Positions 46,458 to 55,975 of a stretch of 64,000 bases of DNA are shown piece after piece (within the stretch, counting starts at the first letter, position 1; every line of letters starts with the position of its first letter). The position numbers and the translations under genes were made by a program. Under the pieces are notes generated by a model. It did no database searches. It was not told the origin of the DNA and worked only from the letters and a program-made list of their open reading frames with translations. Origin of the DNA: Bacteroidales bacterium (GTDB lineage Bacteria > Bacteroidota > Bacteroidia > Bacteroidales > VadinHA17); contig DATALD010000012.1 of the NCBI GenBank assembly GCA_036261255.1, positions 17,065 to 81,064 of the forward strand. The letters run 5' to 3'.

Positions 46458-47819
46458 ATGATACTCATAATAGATGACGATATTGCCATCCAGGCTTCGC
46501 TGCAATTGCTTCTGAAAGAAAACGGTTACAGGGTTTCAGTGGCAGGCAGGCAGGGTGAAGCTCTAAGTTTGCTGAGATCAGAGAAGATATCTCTTATCCT
46601 TATGGATATGAACCTGTCATCAGAGACTACAGGCCGCGATGGACTTGAGCTGCTCACAGATGTAAAGGAATTCTGGCCACAATTACCTGTGATACTTATC
46701 ACAGGCTGGGGATCGATTGACCTTGCTGTTGAAGGAATGAGGAGGGGAGCATTCGATTTTATTACAAAACCATGGGACAACAACCGGTTATTGCAGGCCA
46801 TGAAAAACGCCCTTACACTTCAGAGCCATGAACGGGGAAATCATCAAACAAGGGAGAACCTCGACAAGCAATATAACTTCAATTCAATAACAGGGCAACA
46901 TCCATCTGTTATTACAGTACTCGAAACAATCGCAAGAATAGCTCCTACGACGGCCCCTGTGATGATTACCGGTGAGAGCGGAACAGGAAAAGAAGTTATT
47001 GCACAGGCTATTCACCTTAACAGTAACCGCAGCAATGGACCATTTATACCGGTAAATCTGGGAGCTATTCCACATTCCCTTTTCGAGAGCGAAATGTTCG
47101 GCTACAAACGCGGGGCTTTTACAGATGCTAAAACTGATAAGCCGGGTAAGTTCGAACATGCAAATGGGGGAACTCTTTTTCTAGATGAAATAGGTGAACT
47201 GGATCTGAATTCACAGGTAAAACTGCTCAGGGCTTTGCAGGAAAATAAAATTGAAAGGATAGGAGATACCGGGAGTACGACTGTTGATGTGCGTATTGTA
47301 TGTGCAACAAACAGGAAAATACATGAAATGGTTGAAAACGGTACTTTTCGAGAGGATCTTTATTACCGCATTAACCTGATAAATATTGAATTACCACCTC
47401 TGCGCGAAAGGGCCTCCGACATACCTTTACTCACCGGCTTTTTTCTTGATATTTTCAGAAAACAATATGACAAACCGGCTCTCTCAGTTACAAATGAAGG
47501 TATAAAATACCTGTCGGAATTGATTTTCCCGGGAAACATCAGGGAATTGAAAAATGTACTGGAGCGGGCAGCGCTAATTTCTTCAACTGGTATTTTAGGA
47601 AAAGAGGATTTCATTTCATCCGCAGGTCATACAAACAAAGCCAATCCCGCTGTTAGCCTGCCCGAACCTGGCAGCATGACTATTGAAGAAATGGAAGAAA
47701 CAATGGTGCGAAAAGCGCTTGAGAAATTTAACAACAACATCTCTAAAGCTTCAAAGAGCCTTGGCTTAACCCGGCAGATGCTATACAGGCGAATTGAAAA
47801 GTACAACATAAAACTCTGA
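46458..47819 (+). CDS. sigma54-dependent response regulator (NtrC family bEBP)
   Basis: LIIDDD, LMDMN, GESGTGKE, ESEMFGYKRGAFTDA, LFLDEIGE, FREDLYYR, FPGNIREL and a Fis-type HTH. Confidence 0.95.
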   Translation: MILIIDDDIAIQASLQLLLKENGYRVSVAGRQGEALSLLRSEKISLILMDMNLSSETTGRDGLELLTDVKEFWPQLPVILITGWGSIDLAVEGMRRGAFDFITKPWDNNRLLQAMKNALTLQSHERGNHQTRENLDKQYNFNSITGQHPSVITVLETIARIAPTTAPVMITGESGTGKEVIAQAIHLNSNRSNGPFIPVNLGAIPHSLFESEMFGYKRGAFTDAKTDKPGKFEHANGGTLFLDEIGELDLNSQVKLLRALQENKIERIGDTGSTTVDVRIVCATNRKIHEMVENGTFREDLYYRINLINIELPPLRERASDIPLLTGFFLDIFRKQYDKPALSVTNEGIKYLSELIFPGNIRELKNVLERAALISSTGILGKEDFISSAGHTNKANPAVSLPEPGSMTIEEMEETMVRKALEKFNNNISKASKSLGLTRQMLYRRIEKYNIKL

Positions 47820-47821
47820 TT

Positions 47822-49117
47822 ATGCGGTTCAGGACGAAGCTACTATTATACATCATTGGTCTTAACCTTTTGCTGGTCTGCTTGTCTGCACATTTCCTCA
47901 ATACCAACATAAAGCTGTTCATGGCTCTTGAGGTTGTAATAGTGACTGCAATTATTACCGGACTCATTCTCTTCCGCCAGTATTCCGGAACTATGGACCT
48001 GATAGCTTCAGGAATCGAAAGCCTTAAAGACCAGGACTTCAGTATCAGGCTGAAACCTGTTAAAAACCGTGAGTTTAATGCATTTATAAGTGTTTACAAT
48101 AAGATGCTGGATCAGCTAAGAAAAGAACGTATAGCATTTTCAGAGAAAAGTTATTTGATCAATAAGTTGATGGATGCATCACCAACGGGGATACTGATCT
48201 TCGACTTTGATGATCATCTTAGCAGCCTTAATCCCGCTGCTGCCAGGTTTTTCGGGTTTATTGAAAAAGATATAAAAAACTTAAGTTTTAAAGATTTATC
48301 GCTTAAACTCGGCGGTATGCTGGATAAATGTTCAACATCGAACAATTATATTTTCTATAAAAACGGGAGTGAAGCTTACAGGATACAGAATGGTTTTTTT
48401 GTCGATCGCGGATTTGATACACGATTCATCCTGGTAGATGAGCTTACACATGAGATTTATAAAATGGAGAAGCAAGCTTATGGCAAGGTAATCCGGATGA
48501 TGAGTCATGAAATAAATAACTCTATTGGCGCTGTTAATTCCGTATTGCAGACAATCCGGCCCAGATTGGAACAATATGAAGGTTATGCCAAGACAGTCGA
48601 TGCCTGTATAATCCGGAATGAAAATATGAACCGTTTTATGAGCAACCTGGCTGATGTTGTTCGCATACCTGAACCAAAACGAAAAGCAGTTGATCTGAAC
48701 ATTCTTGCGGGAAATACTCTTCTATTGTTCCGCGAACAACACAATTGCCATCCGATCAGTTTCTCCTCTAGTCTTGATATACAACCTGTGATTGTCAACG
48801 TTGATGACTCGCAGATAGAGCAGGTTTTAATGAATGTCCTAAAGAATGCCTGCGAAGCTATTGAGAATGAAGGGACGGTTGAAATTATAACAAAGTCACG
48901 ACCAGCAAAACTCATTGTTCGTAACAACGGCAGAAGAATTGAGGATACTCAACGGGAGAAGCTATTTACACCATTCTATACAACTAAATCGCATGGTCAG
49001 GGAATTGGATTGACACTTACACGTGAGATCCTTTTAAACCATGGTTGCCGGTTTGAGCTCAAAACAAATCCTGTTAATCAATTAACTGAATTTTCTATTA
49101 TTTTCCAGGTTGTATAG
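47822..49117 (+). CDS. Sensor histidine kinase: 2 TM with minimal loop, HAMP/PAS-like domain, HisKA, HATPase
   Basis: MMSHEINNS, QVLMNVLKNACEA, FTPFYTTK and GQGIGLTL. Confidence 0.93.
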   Translation: MRFRTKLLLYIIGLNLLLVCLSAHFLNTNIKLFMALEVVIVTAIITGLILFRQYSGTMDLIASGIESLKDQDFSIRLKPVKNREFNAFISVYNKMLDQLRKERIAFSEKSYLINKLMDASPTGILIFDFDDHLSSLNPAAARFFGFIEKDIKNLSFKDLSLKLGGMLDKCSTSNNYIFYKNGSEAYRIQNGFFVDRGFDTRFILVDELTHEIYKMEKQAYGKVIRMMSHEINNSIGAVNSVLQTIRPRLEQYEGYAKTVDACIIRNENMNRFMSNLADVVRIPEPKRKAVDLNILAGNTLLLFREQHNCHPISFSSSLDIQPVIVNVDDSQIEQVLMNVLKNACEAIENEGTVEIITKSRPAKLIVRNNGRRIEDTQREKLFTPFYTTKSHGQGIGLTLTREILLNHGCRFELKTNPVNQLTEFSIIFQVV

Positions 49118-49208
49118 TACCTTCACTCATGCTTTTGGTCTAAATGAACAAGCTTGTCAACGGAGTTGAAAAGAATTACTTATCTTACCTGCTGTTTTTA
49201 TCCCAGAA

Positions 49209-50066
49209 ATGAAACAGGTTTACAAAATTTTCAACAGAAGTTTTCCAAAAAACTATGTAGTAAGTCATCCACTGACAGGATCACTGATATTTGGCGCTTT
49301 TACGTACCTGTTTGTAATACTATACAGGCCTATGGAGGTCCATGAAGCTCAATCATTCAGCTTTGTGATAACCATTCTTCTCTATTGCATTATCCTTGTT
49401 ATTCCTGTTTTTGGCATTGCAGTCCTGATAAATAAAACTAACTGTTTCTCGGCAGTAAAGAAGTGGACAATTGCAAAAGAGATTTCTTCTGTTGTTTTAA
49501 TCCTGACAATCACAGGCCTCACTACCTATTTTATTGGATTCATTATTGAAGAACCGGCAGAAAGGTGGAATTGGGCAACCTTTTCCAATGCCTTTTTTAC
49601 CGCTTTCCTTGTTGGTTTTGTGCCTCTTCTTATTTCTACATTTCTGAATGCAAGATTTCTTTTTGCTCCTGCTATAAATGAAGAAACAAATGCACCCGTA
49701 AACAAGGAAGGTGAAGAACTGATCCATATCGAGTCAAAATTAAAGAAGGAAGAGCTCAGCTTTTTACCGTCACAATTCATCTATGCAGAATCTGATGGTA
49801 ATTATGTTACGTTTCATCTTGATAACCAGGGTAAATCAAAGGAGGTAATGATACGTAATTCTATCCACAACATTGAACAACAGCTGACAGGAATCCCAAT
49901 CTTCATCCGAATTCACAGGTCTTTTATAGTAAATGTAACAAAAGTTAAATCAAGACGCGGTAATAGTCTGGGATACAGGCTTAAACTTTTTGGGGCGGAT
50001 GAAGAAGTACCTGTATCCAGACAAAACATCAATAAGATTGATAGTTTCCTGAAACATCGACCCTGA
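49209..50066 (+). CDS. Membrane-bound LytTR family transcriptional regulator
   Basis: Four N-terminal TM helices; YAESDGNY and FIRIHRSFIVN...VPVSR (LytTR domain). Confidence 0.9.
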   Translation: MKQVYKIFNRSFPKNYVVSHPLTGSLIFGAFTYLFVILYRPMEVHEAQSFSFVITILLYCIILVIPVFGIAVLINKTNCFSAVKKWTIAKEISSVVLILTITGLTTYFIGFIIEEPAERWNWATFSNAFFTAFLVGFVPLLISTFLNARFLFAPAINEETNAPVNKEGEELIHIESKLKKEELSFLPSQFIYAESDGNYVTFHLDNQGKSKEVMIRNSIHNIEQQLTGIPIFIRIHRSFIVNVTKVKSRRGNSLGYRLKLFGADEEVPVSRQNINKIDSFLKHRP

Positions 50067-50213
50067 CTTTTTATAACAGGAATTTGCATTTCATACCATA
50101 TTTAAGGTCCGGTTCTCCCATTTATAACAAAAAATATCAAAGTGTCCCAATTCCTTGGTGATCAGAATACCTTGCTTTTCATTTGCATATAAATCAGCTA
50201 ATTAACTTATGTC

Positions 50214-52580
50214 ATGAAAAGTATCTATTACTTCAGGAAGTTTAATTTTTACTGTTTAATTCTTGTGGCAGGGATAATGTTTTATCCTGTTCCTGCCTTC
50301 CCGCAAAATGGAAGTTCAATAACCGGCAGAATTATGGATTCCAGAACCAGACAGAACCTCCCGCTTGCTTATATCCGATTTAGAAATATCACCGACCTTG
50401 ATGGCAAAATAAACCTGACAGCAAGCGACACAGCTGGTATTTTCCATATAAACTCTGTTCAACCGGGAGTTTATAGTCTGGTAGTGACTTCTGTTGGGTA
50501 TAAAAAGTATACTCAACAACTTATCGTTAATTCCGGTAATGAGATTTCTTTGGGGAATATTATGCTGCAAGACTCTATTCTGGTGATAGGGGAGGCAGTC
50601 GTGACTGGAGCAAGACCCTCCGCCAAACTTGAGAACAACAGGACTGTGTTCCTAATGAATAAAAAAATCCTGAACTCATCGGGTACAGCATTAGAGGCAT
50701 TAGGTTTTATTTCAGGTATAAAAGTTGACCTCAAGCAGAATATTACACTCGAAAGTGGGGGCAACGTATTAATTTTCGTAGATGGAATAGAAAGGAATAA
50801 AAGCTTTGTCAGCCAGCTCAATCCCTCACAAATAGATAAAGTTGAAATAATAAATGCTCCACCCTCAAATTTTGACGGGAATGCCAGTGGGGTATTGAAT
50901 ATTACCACTAAAAAAGAAAAGAATTATGGAATAAACGGTCAGGTTCTGGCTGAGGTTCCCACATCTGGTTCCGAAATTTACCTTTTCCCTTCCTATAACC
51001 TTAACTATAATGCCGGGAAATTTGCATTTTTTACATCGTATAACGGGGAGATCAATTATGAGAATATTGATGAGAGTACAACAAGAGTGGTTTATTCCGA
51101 TATTGATACAACAAGGATATCGTCAAACCAATATATAAGACAGAAGAATCTGTCGCATAAATTTCATTATGGAATGGATTTTCTGGCAGATTCTCAAAAC
51201 ATACTGAATTTCTATGGTTATGTAAATTCTTATTCATACGAGCAGGATGGAGAAGCCGTTTTATCCGTCGGAGGCGCTGATTACAGAACATGGAACGCCT
51301 TGAGAGAAGAAACCGATCACAATTTCGGTGTATTCAATTCGATCTACTATAAACGCCTGTCAAAAGAAAACAATAAAGAATTAACTCTCGATATCAGCAA
51401 TTATCATCTTAATGCGTCAAATGCAACTGTCTTTAATAGATACGGAGATAGTCAGGGTTCAATAATTAATAAGCAAAAACCGGTGCAAAACTCTTCTGTG
51501 ATTAAAATAGATTATACTTCTCCAATTTGGAAAAACTTTAAACTGAACGCAGGCATAAAGATGAGGTTTCAGTTAATGCAGGATGAAGAAAATGAAGACT
51601 TTGAGTATGAGGAGAGTACCTATGCCGGCTATGGTTCAATTGATTTTTTTCTTAAAAACAGTGAGGTATATGCCGGTCTGCGTATAGAAGATTCAGAGAC
51701 AGGATTGAAGAATCGCTTCAGAAAATCATATATTTCTTTTCTCCCTACCGCATATTTCAGGCATAAAACAGATTCGCAACAGATCCTGAACTTCTCATTT
51801 AACCGAACTGTTAACAGGCCTTCTATATACCAGCTTAATACTACTGTAAGCAGCGATGACCCTTTGGCAATGAGAACCGGTAATCTATTTCTGGAACCTG
51901 AATTCCACAATAACCTCCAGGCTGAGCATACAATTCAGTTTCACAGTAATATCCTTTCTTACCGTTTGTTCTACACCTTCATTACTAATGCAATCAACAG
52001 CATTACCTTCCTAAAAGAATCACCTGTTGTAATGACACAGGTTTTTAATGCCGGAAGAATTCATCAATATGGGATAAGGCTTACAGGTTCAGCAAAATTT
52101 GGGATACTTACTTTCAACCCATCATTGCAATTCTATAATATTTCCACTTGTGCTTATGAAAGATTCTTATCGTATGGAATTCACGATAGGAATAAACCTG
52201 TCTTTGAGTCGGCCGTTTCATCTGTAATTTCATTGAAAGATGATCTTTCATTTTCTCTAATCTTTCAATACTCTACACCAAAGAACAATATACAGGGGAA
52301 CTCATACAATCAGGCTATCTATTTCATATCTGCCAATAAGACCTTTAACAATCGTTTAAAAGCTGGCGTTGTGTGCGCACTGCCATTTACAAGAAATTTT
52401 GTTTACCAGGGATCAGATATTAAGTCGCCAGAGTTCTCGAACAGTTACAATGGTAATCTTAAACTTTCTGCTTTCCCACTATGGTTACGAATGGAATATA
52501 TGTTTAGTTCCGGAAGGCGTAGAGAAAGTATCAAAAGGGATAAGGAAGAAATTATATCAAAGCCAAAAAAAGGTCTTTAA
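50214..52580 (+). CDS. Outer-membrane beta-barrel protein (TonB-dependent-receptor-like, carboxypeptidase-regulatory N-domain + plug)
   Basis: SITGRIMD, GVYSLVVTSVGY, IDKVEIINAPPSNFDGNASGVLNI and GNLFLEPEF. Confidence 0.85.
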   Translation: MKSIYYFRKFNFYCLILVAGIMFYPVPAFPQNGSSITGRIMDSRTRQNLPLAYIRFRNITDLDGKINLTASDTAGIFHINSVQPGVYSLVVTSVGYKKYTQQLIVNSGNEISLGNIMLQDSILVIGEAVVTGARPSAKLENNRTVFLMNKKILNSSGTALEALGFISGIKVDLKQNITLESGGNVLIFVDGIERNKSFVSQLNPSQIDKVEIINAPPSNFDGNASGVLNITTKKEKNYGINGQVLAEVPTSGSEIYLFPSYNLNYNAGKFAFFTSYNGEINYENIDESTTRVVYSDIDTTRISSNQYIRQKNLSHKFHYGMDFLADSQNILNFYGYVNSYSYEQDGEAVLSVGGADYRTWNALREETDHNFGVFNSIYYKRLSKENNKELTLDISNYHLNASNATVFNRYGDSQGSIINKQKPVQNSSVIKIDYTSPIWKNFKLNAGIKMRFQLMQDEENEDFEYEESTYAGYGSIDFFLKNSEVYAGLRIEDSETGLKNRFRKSYISFLPTAYFRHKTDSQQILNFSFNRTVNRPSIYQLNTTVSSDDPLAMRTGNLFLEPEFHNNLQAEHTIQFHSNILSYRLFYTFITNAINSITFLKESPVVMTQVFNAGRIHQYGIRLTGSAKFGILTFNPSLQFYNISTCAYERFLSYGIHDRNKPVFESAVSSVISLKDDLSFSLIFQYSTPKNNIQGNSYNQAIYFISANKTFNNRLKAGVVCALPFTRNFVYQGSDIKSPEFSNSYNGNLKLSAFPLWLRMEYMFSSGRRRESIKRDKEEIISKPKKGL

Positions 52581-52652
52581 ACATTGTCTTTTTTAAACTA
52601 AAAATCACGTCAACAAGATTTGAGAATTATTCACCAATCAGCTGATACTGAG

Positions 52653-54161
52653 TCAGGATACAAACTTCTTCCCATCTTCTCTGCAAATACTTTTAACAAG
52701 CCTTTTTGCAGACATTATAGCTGTTGGAAGTCCTCCCCCCGGTTCAACCCATTGACCACACATGTAAAAATTACTTAGCCCGGAAATTGTCTGAGACATC
52801 GGTTTCATGATTACACTTGCATTTTCCGGAGTGATAAGCCATCCTTCGAACGATCCTTTCCAGTTGCCGGTATACCTTTCGAATGTAACAGGTGTTGCAA
52901 CATCTGTTACTTCTATATCGGCTGATATGCCAGGAAATACCTGCCCCAGCATGCTGATAACCTGCCCGGCAACTTCATCTTTCTTCTCAAGATATTTTGC
53001 ACGATCTTCTGAAAGATCTTTCCAATAGTCATAATCTGATTCCAGCATTATTGATATTGAAGTTTTGCCTGAAGGAGCAAGAGTGGGATCCTGGTTAAAG
53101 ATATGAACTGGTAACCATTCACGTATCTTTCCGGCAACAGTAACAGGTTTCCTGACCTTGTAACAATGCCCTGAAACAGTTTTTGTTATATCATCGAATT
53201 TTCTGTTTATGCCAAATGAGATAAATAACAATGACGGAAAACGTAGCCATTTCTGGTATGGTTCCCTGCTTTTCTCATCCCCGAATTTGTCTTCTAGCAT
53301 GCCGTATAAAGTCGAATAACCATCAGCTGCTGAGATTACCCTTGAAGCCAAAAATTCCGATCCATCTTCTAGTTTGACACCAACTGCTTTACCATTCTCA
53401 GTTAATATTTTAACTACTTTTTTATTATACTGGATATTGCCGCCCAGCTCCTTATATTTTGCTTCGAGGGTTTCAGACATTGGCTTCGACCCTCCGATAG
53501 GATAACCTGCGTTCCTGTTATGGAGATATCCAAATGTGAATAGCATGAAAAATATTGAGAACTCGGGTATCCACATCTGTCTGAAAGCCTGGGCAAGCAA
53601 AGGATCTTTAACCCGACTGGCATAATCTTCTCCAGTTGTATTCAGCCATGTTTTCATCTTCTTTCCTTTTAACGCGAAGATTGAAATGAGCTTCATTCTC
53701 TTTGATACTTTCCTGAGAAAAGAATCGTGCTTAGATCCGGCATTAAATTGAATGCATACCTTGATACCTGCAATGAAATCGCTGATAATTTCTTTATCCT
53801 TAGAACATGATTCAAGAAGATGTTTTTCGAGACGGTCAACATCAGTATAAAATATGAGAGTTCTGCCTGATTCATCTGTTATCCTGAAATATTCATCAAG
53901 ATCTATTATTTTACTGTTATCAGCTATACCTGTTTCTTCCCACATGTCATGAAGTCCGCTCTTAGGGGATGAACCTACAAGCCAGTGGATGCAGCCATCA
54001 AAAGTATAACCCTTCCTGTTCCATGATGTACAAAGACCTCCGGGCTGGTTATGCATCTCAAAAATCCGGGTTTTATATCCATTTCTCTGTCCGTAGATAC
54101 CAGCGCCAAGGCCGGCAAAGCCTGCACCGATAATGATCATCGAATTGTCCTGAGGTTTCAT
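52653..54161 (-). CDS. Phytoene desaturase-like FAD-dependent oxidoreductase (COG1233)
   Basis: IIGAGFAGL (Rossmann); PGGLCTSW..KGYTFDGCIHWL; ATPVTFERYT; FYMCGQWVEPGGGLP. Confidence 0.88.
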   Translation of the reverse strand: MKPQDNSMIIIGAGFAGLGAGIYGQRNGYKTRIFEMHNQPGGLCTSWNRKGYTFDGCIHWLVGSSPKSGLHDMWEETGIADNSKIIDLDEYFRITDESGRTLIFYTDVDRLEKHLLESCSKDKEIISDFIAGIKVCIQFNAGSKHDSFLRKVSKRMKLISIFALKGKKMKTWLNTTGEDYASRVKDPLLAQAFRQMWIPEFSIFFMLFTFGYLHNRNAGYPIGGSKPMSETLEAKYKELGGNIQYNKKVVKILTENGKAVGVKLEDGSEFLASRVISAADGYSTLYGMLEDKFGDEKSREPYQKWLRFPSLLFISFGINRKFDDITKTVSGHCYKVRKPVTVAGKIREWLPVHIFNQDPTLAPSGKTSISIMLESDYDYWKDLSEDRAKYLEKKDEVAGQVISMLGQVFPGISADIEVTDVATPVTFERYTGNWKGSFEGWLITPENASVIMKPMSQTISGLSNFYMCGQWVEPGGGLPTAIMSAKRLVKSICREDGKKFVS

Positions 54162-54248
54162 TAGATATGAAGTTTAATCCAATAAAGATATTAAAAGTTT
54201 ATTGTTCCTCGTTCCTTGTTCATCGTCATTTCATCCAATCATCGCTTC

Positions 54249-54295
54249 GTCCATAAAGTCCATAAAGTCCATCTAGTCCACGTCACTTCGTCCAT
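54249..54295. repeat. GTCCAT 9-bp-period array
   Basis: GTCCAT at 54249, 54258 and 54267, GTCCAC at 54276. GTCACTTCGTCCAT (54282-54295) is identical to 2423-2436. Confidence 0.65.
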
Positions 54296-54339
54296 TTAGT
54301 AATCCTTTCTTCAAACCTTTTGTTTCCTTTCTTGTTTAA

Positions 54340-55452
54340 ATGCTGCAGCTAAACACAACACAGATGTTACGGCAACCTGACCTGTCACAGATCAACAGGA
54401 GGCTTTTATTTACCGTTCTTCTTGGAGTTGTTTTATACTTCGGGAGAGAAGTATTTATAGTTGTTACTTTCTCGGGTTTTCTTGCAATGCTGATGACCCC
54501 GCTGTCGAATATGATGGAGAGGCATCATATAACACGGATATTCTCTTCTCTTCTTTCAATTCTTGTGATCATGGCTGTGATGGCCGGTATAGTCGTTCTG
54601 ATCTCATCGCAGGTTGTCAGCATGAGTGAGGATTTTCCACAAATAAAATCCAAGGTAGAGGAAGGTATTATTAATCTTGAAAACTGGATTAATAACTCCT
54701 TCGGAATCAGCTCTGATACTTTAAAGACCAGGGCTTCTGAAATGATGAGCAATGCCGGAAGTTTCATAACCGGGGCATTGAAAGGCACATTCTCATTCAT
54801 TGGAGGTTCGATCCTGATCATTGTATTTACATTCCTGTTTTTACTTCATCGTGAGAAATATGAGATTTTTGTTGTTAAGCTTAGTCGACCTGAAAAAAGA
54901 GATGAGGCAAAGAATGTAATAGGCAAGATCAGCAAGATCGCTCAACAATATCTGACCGGGAGGCTTATTTCTATTTTTATACTTGCAATCCTATATGTTA
55001 TCGGATTTTCAATTATTGGGCTCAAAAACGCACTTTTACTCTCACTGATTGCTGCAATAATGACTTTCATTCCTTATGTCGGCCCATTCATTGGAGGTAT
55101 TGTACCGTTCTTCCTCGCAATTGTCAGTGGATCTTTTAACCAGGCGCTGTGGGTTGTTGTTATAATAACATTAGCACAACTTTTCGATAACTATTTTATA
55201 GAACCATACGTTGTTGGGGGTAGTGTAAGCATCAGTCCTTTTTTTACAATCTTCATTCTCATAATGGGGGGTGTTGTCTGGGGAATTGCTGGAGTGATCC
55301 TGTTCCTTCCACTCCTGGGCATTTTCAAGATAATCTTCGAAAATGTTGAAAGTCTTCAACCGTATGCATATCTAATTGGTGATCAGAATAAATCTTCTGG
55401 TCCAAATGGTATTTTTAAACGACTGAAAGACTTTTTTAAAACGAGAAAGTAA
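54340..55452 (+). CDS. AI-2E (PerM) family transporter
   Basis: FSGFLAMLMTPL, YLTGRL, FIPYVGPFIG, DNYFIEPYVVG and VWGIAGVILFLP. Confidence 0.9.
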   Translation: MLQLNTTQMLRQPDLSQINRRLLFTVLLGVVLYFGREVFIVVTFSGFLAMLMTPLSNMMERHHITRIFSSLLSILVIMAVMAGIVVLISSQVVSMSEDFPQIKSKVEEGIINLENWINNSFGISSDTLKTRASEMMSNAGSFITGALKGTFSFIGGSILIIVFTFLFLLHREKYEIFVVKLSRPEKRDEAKNVIGKISKIAQQYLTGRLISIFILAILYVIGFSIIGLKNALLLSLIAAIMTFIPYVGPFIGGIVPFFLAIVSGSFNQALWVVVIITLAQLFDNYFIEPYVVGGSVSISPFFTIFILIMGGVVWGIAGVILFLPLLGIFKIIFENVESLQPYAYLIGDQNKSSGPNGIFKRLKDFFKTRK

Positions 55453-55902
55453 TCAGTTGTTTTGTTTTATTGCCGTCTTCCTGGGGTTATATGAGATTCT
55501 CTTTTGAACCTTGCCAGTTTTAGATTGGATTGTTAATGAAGCATTTGCTTTACGGGCTTCTTCACGGGCTCGCTTAACAGCTTCTGTTTTCTTTCCGAAA
55601 ACCTCTTCAACCTTTTTCTCACCCTCTGCTTTCACAGCCCATTTACTACCTTCATAAGGAATAACATATCTGTCTTCCCCATGATGCTTTACATCAGTCA
55701 CCCTTGATTTCTCTGGATTGGCTGTTTTTTCTCCCCTGTTTGCAGCCCAATCCTTTGCCCTGCTTATTGCTGTTGCAATAGCAATACCTTCATTCATGTC
55801 TTTTTCGTCGAGAAGTGCATTTGCAATATCAATTGCTTTATTCCTGACTTTTGCAGGCAGGTTCTTCATCGAGTCGGGGTAATTACTTTTTGTCCATGGC
55901 AT
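55453..55902 (-). CDS. DUF2188 domain-containing protein
   Basis: MPWTKSNYPDSMKNL, AIDIANALL, AIATAISRAKDW and WAVKAEG. Confidence 0.85.
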   Translation of the reverse strand: MPWTKSNYPDSMKNLPAKVRNKAIDIANALLDEKDMNEGIAIATAISRAKDWAANRGEKTANPEKSRVTDVKHHGEDRYVIPYEGSKWAVKAEGEKKVEEVFGKKTEAVKRAREEARKANASLTIQSKTGKVQKRISYNPRKTAIKQNN

Positions 55903-55975
55903 ATTCTTAAATTATAATACAAGAGAAACAGCCTTGTAAGACCAATGTTCAGAAAAAAATAGTTCGTAGTTCTTT

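Noticed and set aside
2311-54295. CRISPR or other guide-RNA arrays
   Set aside because: Repeat units are 7-9 bp without unique spacers, and no cas or effector gene is adjacent.
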